A program made the translations under genes and the position numbers. The notes beneath the pieces are model-generated. The model saw nothing but the letters and a program-made list of their open reading frames with translations, had not been told where the DNA came from and ran no database searches. Shown one piece after another: positions 18,728-26,647 of a DNA stretch of 64,000 nt; the first letter of the stretch is position 1, and each line of letters opens with the position of its first letter. This DNA comes from Candidatus Levyibacteriota bacterium (GTDB taxonomy: Bacteria; Patescibacteriota; Microgenomatia; Levybacterales; UBA12049): NCBI GenBank assembly GCA_016199085.1, contig JACQHJ010000004.1, positions 16,926 to 80,925 on the forward strand, in the 5' to 3' direction.

Positions 18728-21700
18728 ATGAAATTAGACGGCATAAGACAAAAAGTATTTTTAGATAGATATTCATTGAAAGACATTAAAGGAGCCCCAA
18801 TTGAAAAAACTCCTGATGAAATGTGGAAGAGGGTTGCCAAGGGTATTGCCAGTGTCGAAAAGAAAAAAGATAGAAAGAAATGGGAGAAGAAATTCTTTGA
18901 AGTGATGGATGGCTTTAAGTTTTTACCCGGCGGAAGAATTTTAGCAGGTGCCGGAACAGGTTTTGACGTTACCTATTACAACTGCTTTGTTATCCCAAAT
19001 CCTCCTGATTCAAGAGGCGGGATAATGCAAAATTTAACACAGATGATTGAGATTATGGCACACGGTGGGGGCGTAGGACTTAACCTTTCCTCTTTAAGAC
19101 CAAGAGGATCAAGGGTTAAGAAAGTAAACGGATTTTCATCGGGTCCTCTAAATTGGGCAGAGCTTTATTCCCTTGCTACAAAAGATATTGTTCAACAGGG
19201 AGGTTGTTTTACAAAAGATGCAAAAATAATGACCCATAAGGGACTTATAAGCATTGAAGACATTGTAGGAAGTAATGGAAATTATTTTGCTCAAACACAT
19301 AAAGGTCTTAAAAAAATTACTGCAAAATTCGATAATGGTATAAAAGAAGTATTTGAGGTTGAAACATTAGGAGGATACAAAGTAAAGGTAACCAAAGACC
19401 ACAAATTTTTGACATTTACAAATAATGGCAATTTCTATCTTAAAAGACTGTCTGATTTACTAAAAGGAGATTCTCTTGTTTTACTTTCGTCAATATTCTT
19501 GGATGAAATCCCGGAGGTTTTATTAAAAGACAATATTGCAAGGCCCTCAAAGTTTTCCTATGGAAGAAGAACTGTTAATTTTCCAAAGACATTAACAAAA
19601 GATCTTGCTTTTGTTTTGGGAGTATATGCAGTTGATGGATCAAGAGTTAAAGACGAATATGCTTTTTCAAAAGGTCTTAGATTTGCAGTTGATGCAAAGA
19701 GAAAAAAAGACCTTAAACTACTTGTAAAAACAATATCCTCTCTTTTTGGTGTAACACCAATTTTAAGAAAAGGAGATGGGAATGTAATAGAGGTTAGTCT
19801 TTATTCCAGAAATCTGGTTGAGCTGCTAAGACTTAATAATCTCTTAAAAGAAAATTCAAATAAAGTTTTTGTTCCGGAACAGATTTTTTCATCTCCCAAA
19901 AGCGTTGTTGAAGCCTTTATCGCAGGAGTATTTTTTGGAGACGGTGGAAACAGGGGAGGAAAGGGAGGATTTAGAATAACTTCCGTAAATAAAAAATTTA
20001 CGGAAGACATCCAACTTCTTCTTTTAAATCTTGGTGTTGCCTCAAAACTTACAAAACAGGTAAGAGGCAGTTGGCAAGACTTATACACCTTAAATGTCAA
20101 TGGAGCTAAATTTATGAAGAGATTTTTGGAAATAGTTGCTCCATTTAATGAAAAGGCATTTGATAATGCAATTTCAACAAGGGATGCATTTTATAATTTT
20201 CCGATAAATGTTGTTAAAAGATTTGCCTATCTTTCCGGGATCCAAAGAACAATTGCTTACACAAATCCAACAACCTCATATAAAACCCTTGCTTTTATGG
20301 AAAATAATATGTCAAGAATTGATGATAAAGATATTGAAGATACCGAGATTTTAACATCAACGATTTCGGATAAAATTAAAAAAATTACAAAACTTGGGCT
20401 TGAACAGGTTTATGACCTTGAAGTAGGAGACGTTCATCTTCTCTCGGGTAATGGATTCTATACATCTAACAGTAGAAGGGGTGCTTTGATGTTAATGCTT
20501 AACGACTGGCATCCGGATATTGAAGAGTTTATAACTGTCAAACAGGATTTAAACAAAATAAACGGAGCAAACCTTTCGGTCTGTATTTCAGACGCATTCA
20601 TGGAAGCTATCAAAAAAGACGCTGATTGGGACTTGGTTTTTGCAGACCTGGATGATAAAAAATATGATAAAAAATGGACAGGAGACTTAGATGCTTGGAG
20701 GAAAGCCGGCGGAAAAGTTAAAGTAGTAAAAACAGTTAAAGCAAAATATCTCTGGGATCTAATCTGTACCGCTGCTTGGAAATCTGCAGAGCCTGGACTT
20801 CACTTCTTGGATAGGTCAAATAAGAGATCAAATACTTGGTATTTTGAGACTTTGACAGCCACGAATCCGTGCCTGACAGCAGATACATGGGTGCACACTA
20901 ATCAAGGACCTCGTCAAATAAGTGACTTAATTGGAAAACAATTTGTCGCGCGGGTAAATGGCGCAGACATTTTATCTGGGCCTCAGGGATTTTTTAAGAC
21001 TGCCACTAAGCCAGTTATTCATTTAAAAACAAAAGAAGGCTATAGTTTACGATTAACAAAAGATCATCTTATTCAATATGTTTCTACTATGAGTCGTTAC
21101 TCTACTAAAACAAAATGGCGAGAAGCCGGAAAACTTCAAAAAGGAGATTTAGTTGTCTTACAAAATCATAGTAGTAATAATACTTGGGAAGGAAATTACA
21201 GTCATAAGGAAGGTTATCTTATGGGAATGCTTATTGGGGATGGAACATTAAAACAAGATAAAGCAGTTTTGTCAGCATGGTTACCTCGCAGGACAACTTC
21301 TGTTGGATTAACACCAAGCGGTCAACAGGCAGTTATGGAGAGTGTTTCTTATGTGGCTATGTCTTTGCCTCATAGGGTAGATTTTAACGGATGGAGCAGG
21401 GTAAAAAATCGTGGAGAATACAGGCTTTCTCTTGCATCAATAAAGCAATTGGCAGAGGAGTTGGGAATGAGGCCGGGATATAAAACAATAACAAAACTCA
21501 TGGAAGAATCTTCAAGCGATTTTTATAAAGGATTACTTAAAGGACTTTTTGATACAGACGGTTCAGTACAAGGAAATCAAAGAAAGGGAGTAAGCATAAG
21601 ACTAGCCCAATCAGACCTGTTCTTATTAGAAGCAGTCCAAAGGATGTTGCTTAGGCTTGGTATTACCTCAAGAATATATAAAAATCGTCGCCAGGAGGGA

Positions 21701-23572
21701 ACTAAATCATTGCCTGATGGTAAAGGTGCAACAAAGGAATATCATATTAAAGCCCAACATGAATTAGTAATAAGTGGTAGTAATGTACTCCTTTTCTCAG
21801 AGCTTATTAATTTTGAAGACACTCAAAAATCATCTCGTTTAAGAAATCTCTTAGGTGCATATAAACGTAAATTAAACAGAGAGAGATTTGTAGCAACAGT
21901 AGAGAGTTTAGAGCTAGATGGAAAAGAGGATGTTTTCGATGTGCAAATTCCTAATCTTCATGCTTTTGATGCAAATGGATTTCATGCGCATAACTGCGGA
22001 GAGCAGCCATTATCACCTTGGGCTGTTTGTAACCTCGGAGCAATGAATCTGGCTGCATATGTAGATAAAAAAGGAGTTTTTGACTATGACAATTTTGGAA
22101 AAGACGTAAGGGTAGCAGTAAGGTTTTTGGATAACGTCATCGATGATACGCATTATTTTTATAAAGAAAATGAAAAAGTAGCAAAAGACATAAGACGTCA
22201 GGGTCTTGGAATATTAGGGCTTGCCGATGCTTTGATAAAAATGAAAATAAAATACGGCGCAGAGGATTCCCTTGTCGTTATTGAAAAAATATTTAAAACT
22301 CTTCGTGACAACGCCTATATTGCCTCATCTGATATCGCAGCCGAAAAAGGAAGTTTTCCAAGATACAACAGAGACAAATACCAAAAAGGCTGGCATATTA
22401 AAAGACTTCCTGAGGAAATTAAGAAAAAGATCTATCAACAGGGAATTAGAAATGCGGTACTTCTAACAATTGCTCCAACAGGAACAACCTCTTTAATTTC
22501 AGGAGTATCCTCAGGAGTTGAGCCTGTTTATGAGTTTGAGTTTATTAGACGCGATAGGCTTGGAGAACATATGATGTACCATCCTTTGTTTGATGAATGG
22601 AAAAAGGAAAATCCAGATAAGCAAAAACCAGACTATTTTGTTTCGGCAAATGACCTAACTCCTGAAGAGCACGTCAAGGTCCAGGCAGTTGCCCAAAATT
22701 ATATTGATTCATCAATTTCAAAAACAGTCAACGCTCCTAAGAAACATACGGTAGAAGACGTTAAAAAGCTTTATGAAATGGCTTTTGACATGGGTCTTAA
22801 AGGAATAACCTATATGAGAGATGGTTCAAGAGAGGGAGTATTATCTCGAAAAGAAGATAAGAAAGAAGAGGTAGCCCAGGTAACCTTGGAGTCAAAACTT
22901 CTTCCCGTTATACCAAGACCTGCGATGGTTGAGGGTGTAACGTATGGAACAGAGACTCCTGTTGGAAAAACATATATCACGATAAATCATGATGAGAAAA
23001 AACAGCCCTTTGAAGTCTTTATAACAGTTGGAAAATCCGGCTCAGACGTTGCCGCCATGGCAGATGCTCTTGGCAGAATGATCTCGTTGGCTCTAAGAAT
23101 CAACGGGCAAGTTGCTCCAAGAGAAAGAATGAGACAGGTTGTAGCCCAGATTGTCGGAATCGGAGGAGCAAGAAGCGTAGGTTTTGGAGAAAACAGGGTC
23201 AGATCTTTGCCAGACGCAGTTGCAAAAGTATTATCTAAACACTTTGAATTTCGGGTAAACGGAATTGTTGAAGACAAAAACCTAACCAATGGACACGCCA
23301 ATGTCCTTACAAATGTAGTAACCAATGGTAATGGTCATGCAGCTACAAAAGCTAATACGCATATTCCAGTTGATGTAGACAATAAAGAGGAAGTAAAAGA
23401 AGAAATTGTAAAATTGGAACAATTAACTCTCCAGACACCTGCCGGAAACTTATCCTCAACTTCCGGAACGTCAACAGGACTTTATGACATCTGCCCCGAA
23501 TGCGGAGGAGCAACCCTTGCCTACGAAGAAGGTTGCAAGAAGTGCTACTCTTGCGGATATTCAGAATGTTAG
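18728..23572 (+). CDS. nrdJ: class II (adenosylcobalamin-dependent) ribonucleotide reductase NrdJ, interrupted by two inteins
   Basis: Exteins total ~817 aa. The catalytic motif TATNP-[intein]-CGEQPLSPWAVCNLG is present. The C-terminal zinc ribbon is CPECGG..CKKCYSCGYSEC. Confidence 0.85.
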   Translation: MKLDGIRQKVFLDRYSLKDIKGAPIEKTPDEMWKRVAKGIASVEKKKDRKKWEKKFFEVMDGFKFLPGGRILAGAGTGFDVTYYNCFVIPNPPDSRGGIMQNLTQMIEIMAHGGGVGLNLSSLRPRGSRVKKVNGFSSGPLNWAELYSLATKDIVQQGGCFTKDAKIMTHKGLISIEDIVGSNGNYFAQTHKGLKKITAKFDNGIKEVFEVETLGGYKVKVTKDHKFLTFTNNGNFYLKRLSDLLKGDSLVLLSSIFLDEIPEVLLKDNIARPSKFSYGRRTVNFPKTLTKDLAFVLGVYAVDGSRVKDEYAFSKGLRFAVDAKRKKDLKLLVKTISSLFGVTPILRKGDGNVIEVSLYSRNLVELLRLNNLLKENSNKVFVPEQIFSSPKSVVEAFIAGVFFGDGGNRGGKGGFRITSVNKKFTEDIQLLLLNLGVASKLTKQVRGSWQDLYTLNVNGAKFMKRFLEIVAPFNEKAFDNAISTRDAFYNFPINVVKRFAYLSGIQRTIAYTNPTTSYKTLAFMENNMSRIDDKDIEDTEILTSTISDKIKKITKLGLEQVYDLEVGDVHLLSGNGFYTSNSRRGALMLMLNDWHPDIEEFITVKQDLNKINGANLSVCISDAFMEAIKKDADWDLVFADLDDKKYDKKWTGDLDAWRKAGGKVKVVKTVKAKYLWDLICTAAWKSAEPGLHFLDRSNKRSNTWYFETLTATNPCLTADTWVHTNQGPRQISDLIGKQFVARVNGADILSGPQGFFKTATKPVIHLKTKEGYSLRLTKDHLIQYVSTMSRYSTKTKWREAGKLQKGDLVVLQNHSSNNTWEGNYSHKEGYLMGMLIGDGTLKQDKAVLSAWLPRRTTSVGLTPSGQQAVMESVSYVAMSLPHRVDFNGWSRVKNRGEYRLSLASIKQLAEELGMRPGYKTITKLMEESSSDFYKGLLKGLFDTDGSVQGNQRKGVSIRLAQSDLFLLEAVQRMLLRLGITSRIYKNRRQEGTKSLPDGKGATKEYHIKAQHELVISGSNVLLFSELINFEDTQKSSRLRNLLGAYKRKLNRERFVATVESLELDGKEDVFDVQIPNLHAFDANGFHAHNCGEQPLSPWAVCNLGAMNLAAYVDKKGVFDYDNFGKDVRVAVRFLDNVIDDTHYFYKENEKVAKDIRRQGLGILGLADALIKMKIKYGAEDSLVVIEKIFKTLRDNAYIASSDIAAEKGSFPRYNRDKYQKGWHIKRLPEEIKKKIYQQGIRNAVLLTIAPTGTTSLISGVSSGVEPVYEFEFIRRDRLGEHMMYHPLFDEWKKENPDKQKPDYFVSANDLTPEEHVKVQAVAQNYIDSSISKTVNAPKKHTVEDVKKLYEMAFDMGLKGITYMRDGSREGVLSRKEDKKEEVAQVTLESKLLPVIPRPAMVEGVTYGTETPVGKTYITINHDEKKQPFEVFITVGKSGSDVAAMADALGRMISLALRINGQVAPRERMRQVVAQIVGIGGARSVGFGENRVRSLPDAVAKVLSKHFEFRVNGIVEDKNLTNGHANVLTNVVTNGNGHAATKANTHIPVDVDNKEEVKEEIVKLEQLTLQTPAGNLSSTSGTSTGLYDICPECGGATLAYEEGCKKCYSCGYSEC
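19205..20470 (+). mobile_element. intein 1 in NrdJ (422 aa) with LAGLIDADG homing-endonuclease domain
   Basis: It starts with Cys after ..QQGG and ends ..GFYTSN followed by Ser. The LAGLIDADG-like blocks are LGVYAVDGS and IAGVFFGDGG. The penultimate residue is Ser rather than the usual His. Confidence 0.7.
20870..21994 (+). mobile_element. intein 2 in NrdJ (375 aa) with LAGLIDADG homing-endonuclease domain, inserted at the catalytic cysteine
   Basis: It begins CLTADTWV directly after TATNP and ends ..FHAHN followed by CGEQ. The LAGLIDADG blocks are LMGMLIGDGTL and LLKGLFDTDGSV. GC is locally elevated. Confidence 0.8.
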
Positions 23573-23575
23573 TTA

Positions 23576-24022
23576 ATGATTAAAGCAGTTATTTTTGACT
23601 GGGGAAGGACGATCTACGATAAGGAAAATGAGAATATATTTGCCCAAACACCTGCCGTTTTGGAATATTTCTCAAAAAAGTACAAAGTCGTAGTCGTCTC
23701 TTTGGCAACAGATGGTGATATTGAGACAAGGTTTGCAAAAATTGAAAAATACGGTCTTTGGAAATATCTGGCTTTTGCTCTTTTTCATAAAAACGATAAA
23801 GACGCACTTTTCAGAAATGCTTTTGGCAATTTAAGGCTAAATCCGGAGGAAATCTTAGTAGTCGACGACTACATGAAAAGACTTGAGTTTCCAATTAAAG
23901 CAGGGTGTAAAGCAATTTGGATAAAAAAGGGTAAATTTGCCGATTTTTTGCCAAACGAAGAGACTGGAAAGCCAAATTATATAATAAATAACCTGTCAGA
24001 AATATTAGATTTAGGATTTTAA
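23576..24022 (+). CDS. HAD-superfamily hydrolase-like protein (degenerate motif I)
   Basis: VIFDWGRT (motif I with the second Asp replaced) and ILVVDDY (motif IV). Confidence 0.5.
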   Translation: MIKAVIFDWGRTIYDKENENIFAQTPAVLEYFSKKYKVVVVSLATDGDIETRFAKIEKYGLWKYLAFALFHKNDKDALFRNAFGNLRLNPEEILVVDDYMKRLEFPIKAGCKAIWIKKGKFADFLPNEETGKPNYIINNLSEILDLGF

Positions 24023-24024
24023 AT

Positions 24025-24570
24025 ATGTCAATTTATACAAAATTTGGAGACAAAGGAAAGACCTCATTATATGCCGGAAAAACCGTTTCTAAAGGTAGTC
24101 TACGTGTCAACGCCTATGGAACGGTTGATGAGCTAAACAGTTTTTTGGGTATTGTTCTAACTTTAGTAAAAGATAAAAAATTAAAAGACAAACTCATCAA
24201 TATTCAAAAAGACCTATTTGAAGTTGGGGCTTGTCTTGCAAATCCTACGGGAAACAAAGATAGACTGTTGTCCAAGTATTTAACCCACAGGGTTTTGGAA
24301 TTTGAAGCTGAAATTGACAGTCTGACTAAAAAGCTTCCAAAACTGGAACACTTTATTTTGCCAGGCGGTGGAAAGCCGGGTTCAAGCCTGCATTTTGCAA
24401 GAACTTTGGTAAGAAGGGCGGAAAGAAGAGTGGTGGAGTTATCCGAAAAGGAAAAGATAAATACGGACATAATTATTTTCCTAAATAGACTTTCAGACCT
24501 TTTATTTATGTATGCAAGGGATATAAATTACAAAGAAAAACAAAAAGAATTACTATGGAAAAGTAGATAG
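24025..24570 (+). CDS. PduO-type ATP:cob(I)alamin adenosyltransferase
   Basis: MSIYTKFGDKGKTSLYAGKTVSKGSLRVNAYGTVDELNSFLG matches the PduO-type N-terminal signature (IYT..GD.G.T.L..G.RV.K......AYGT.DELNS.IG). Confidence 0.8.
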   Translation: MSIYTKFGDKGKTSLYAGKTVSKGSLRVNAYGTVDELNSFLGIVLTLVKDKKLKDKLINIQKDLFEVGACLANPTGNKDRLLSKYLTHRVLEFEAEIDSLTKKLPKLEHFILPGGGKPGSSLHFARTLVRRAERRVVELSEKEKINTDIIIFLNRLSDLLFMYARDINYKEKQKELLWKSR

Positions 24571-24574
24571 TAAG

Positions 24575-24699
24575 TTTTCCCGGGTGAAGTAGGCGAGATT
24601 CCTACGCTGTGCCGCAACTGTAAAGTCAGAACCCCGTTCCCTCTAAAAGAGGGATAAATAAATCTTCCGAGCCAGAAGTATTGTTTTTATAATATACAG
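24575..24699 (+). promoter_or_regulatory. candidate cobalamin (B12) riboswitch aptamer
   Basis: GGUGAAGUAGGCGAGAUUCCUACGCUGUGCCGCAACUGUAAAGUCAGAACCCCG resembles the conserved cobalamin-riboswitch core (GGUGA.AAUCC..CGC.G.CCCCGCAACUGUAA...AGYCAGGA.ACC). It is followed by the partial B12-box-like GAGCCAGAAG and a terminator that sequesters the downstream RBS. Confidence 0.5.
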
Positions 24700-24726
24700 C
24701 TCCTCGGAAAAAAGAGGAGTTTTTTT
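24700..24726 (+). terminator. intrinsic terminator / RBS-sequestering hairpin (riboswitch expression platform)
   Basis: CTCCTC-ggaaaaaa-GAGGAG followed by TTTTTTT, then the ATG at 24727. The 3' arm AAGAGGAG also forms the Shine-Dalgarno sequence. Confidence 0.6.
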
Positions 24727-25938
24727 ATGAGTAAAGAGAGAATTCAAAGACCAAATGTAATAGAATTTCCAAGAGAGCAATTTGCAATTATCGGCAATAA
24801 TGCGTTAAGACTGGATAGTGTGTCATTAGGATCTCCCAAAATGGCAGAAGTTGTAGACATACGAAGTCATCAAGCAAAAAAACAGTCGGCAGAGGCTTCT
24901 GCTTTTAAGCACGAATTTTACAAAGGCGCAAGCAAAAGACAAATCGAAGATGACGTAGCTTCATATTTGGCAGAATATAGATTTGAAGTTCCTGAATTTA
25001 ACTATACCCTAAATATTGTCGATGACGACTTAATCGATCCTGCAAGCGGAGAATCTATGATAGCAAAGGCAAAAAAGGCTATTGAAGAAAGAGAGAAAGA
25101 AGGCTTAAGTGCCTCAAGAGAAAAAGCCGAATTAAGAGGTTTGGTGAGCTTAAAGATTCAAATTAAGCAAAATCCCAATGGAACGGTTGTCTGGTTTAGT
25201 CCTCCGGGCAAAGAGGAAGAGGGGTATGGGAGATATGGATTCGGTTACGTGGGAAAAAGAATAGGAGACGTTTTGGAAATGACTGCTATAAGAGTTGAAG
25301 ATCCAAATATTGCAGATTTTAATGCTGCAGCAACTGCCCTTTGGGCAGCAGCAGATCTTGAAAAGGCAGAAGATTTTTTAGAATCACCACGCGTTGTAAA
25401 CATTGATCATGAAAAAGTTAAAGAGTTTATTCATGGAAATTTTGAAGTAAAAAACTTCCGAGCAAAACACGTTTTTGATAGGGTAAGAAGAAATCTAAGG
25501 AGTGTAATAAGAGAGTATGCCAGCGTTGCCCAGGGGGAAGACGATGAAAGAAAGCATCTTGCGCTTCATGTAGTGGAGAACTTATCAATTGAACTAAGAC
25601 AAATGTATGAAAAAGAGTTCGAGAGAGGAAATGTTGCCTTTTTGTTAGATCAAGATATTCCAACGCTTGAAACAGCCATGGGATACAAAAAATATATTGC
25701 TCCACCTCCTAAAATCAGGGGAAGCTGTGGGTCAACCGGCAAGGTCGAAAGCAATGATATTTTCAGAAGCATTAAATCTGAAGTAAAAAAGAATATCTCA
25801 AAACAAAGAGATTTTGAATTTAACGAACCTGGTCCATGCAGGCTTTGCGGAAGAGACGTTCCTTGCGGACCTTGCTTTATCTGCGAAAGATGTAACGACT
25901 CGATAGATGCATCCGAGCAGGCAACGCAAGCGGCCTAA
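24727..25938 (+). CDS. uncharacterised 403-aa protein with C-terminal Cys-rich cluster, putatively riboswitch-controlled
   Basis: Clean ATG start. No recognisable catalytic motif and no TM segment. The C-terminal CRLCGRDVPCGPCFICERC suggests metal binding. Confidence 0.6.
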   Translation: MSKERIQRPNVIEFPREQFAIIGNNALRLDSVSLGSPKMAEVVDIRSHQAKKQSAEASAFKHEFYKGASKRQIEDDVASYLAEYRFEVPEFNYTLNIVDDDLIDPASGESMIAKAKKAIEEREKEGLSASREKAELRGLVSLKIQIKQNPNGTVVWFSPPGKEEEGYGRYGFGYVGKRIGDVLEMTAIRVEDPNIADFNAAATALWAAADLEKAEDFLESPRVVNIDHEKVKEFIHGNFEVKNFRAKHVFDRVRRNLRSVIREYASVAQGEDDERKHLALHVVENLSIELRQMYEKEFERGNVAFLLDQDIPTLETAMGYKKYIAPPPKIRGSCGSTGKVESNDIFRSIKSEVKKNISKQRDFEFNEPGPCRLCGRDVPCGPCFICERCNDSIDASEQATQAA

Positions 25939-25942
25939 ATTT

Positions 25943-26080
25943 ATGAAAGACCAAAAAGACTGTAAAGTCTGCTATAAGATTAAATGTAGAAATTGCGGCT
26001 GGGAGCCTAGTGAAAAAGAACTTTCTTTGGTTTTGGCAGGAAAGCTAATCAAGTGTCCCGACTGCGGTGGGGGCAAGTGA
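25943..26080 (+). CDS. small zinc-ribbon protein (45 aa), not in the ORF track
   Basis: The translation is MKDQKDCKVCYKIKCRNCGWEPSEKELSLVLAGKLIKCPDCGGGK. It has three CxxC pairs and starts 5 nt after the upstream stop. Confidence 0.35.
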   Translation: MKDQKDCKVCYKIKCRNCGWEPSEKELSLVLAGKLIKCPDCGGGK

Positions 26081-26149
26081 TTTTGTAATAACCTTATAAA
26101 GTTTAATTTAATTGTCCCTTTTAAGTTAAAAATGATATGATTAACTCGT

Positions 26150-26638
26150 ATGGATAATACTCAAAACCCAAGCAATGACAACGATTTAAACGCCGGTGTT
26201 AATGCTTCTCCCGTTCAAAATCCCAATACAAACGGTCAGTATCCAAATGGCCAGGCAGCTCCTTCTATTAATAAAGAGGTTGAAAGGCCGGTCTCAGACT
26301 ATGTAGCCCGTTCTGATATAGAGCCTGTGGTAGACAAAGAAATGGAGCAGGTTGGCGTTCAGACTGTTTCAGATAGGCCAGTGCTTGACGAGGATCATGA
26401 AAAAATAGGCGTTACACATTCTCTGGAGACAAATGTTCCCAAAACCGAAGCCTCGGGAACTGTAGATCTAATGGATGAAAAAGAGGCCAAAGATGTAATC
26501 AATAAATACAAAAACAGCGCCGATCCGATAGAGCACGTCGAGCAGGCGTATTTCCTGCCATCAATTTTTGGATTTGCGACTGTTATTTTGAAGAACTTAA
26601 AAGAAATGCATAAAAGATTAACTGGCAAGAAGGATTAA
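26150..26638 (+). CDS. hypothetical protein with low-complexity N/Q/P-rich N-terminus
   Basis: The ORF has an ATG start and a C-terminal hydrophobic stretch YFLPSIFGFATVIL. No motif was found. Confidence 0.4.
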   Translation: MDNTQNPSNDNDLNAGVNASPVQNPNTNGQYPNGQAAPSINKEVERPVSDYVARSDIEPVVDKEMEQVGVQTVSDRPVLDEDHEKIGVTHSLETNVPKTEASGTVDLMDEKEAKDVINKYKNSADPIEHVEQAYFLPSIFGFATVILKNLKEMHKRLTGKKD

Positions 26639-26647
26639 ACTGATAAG

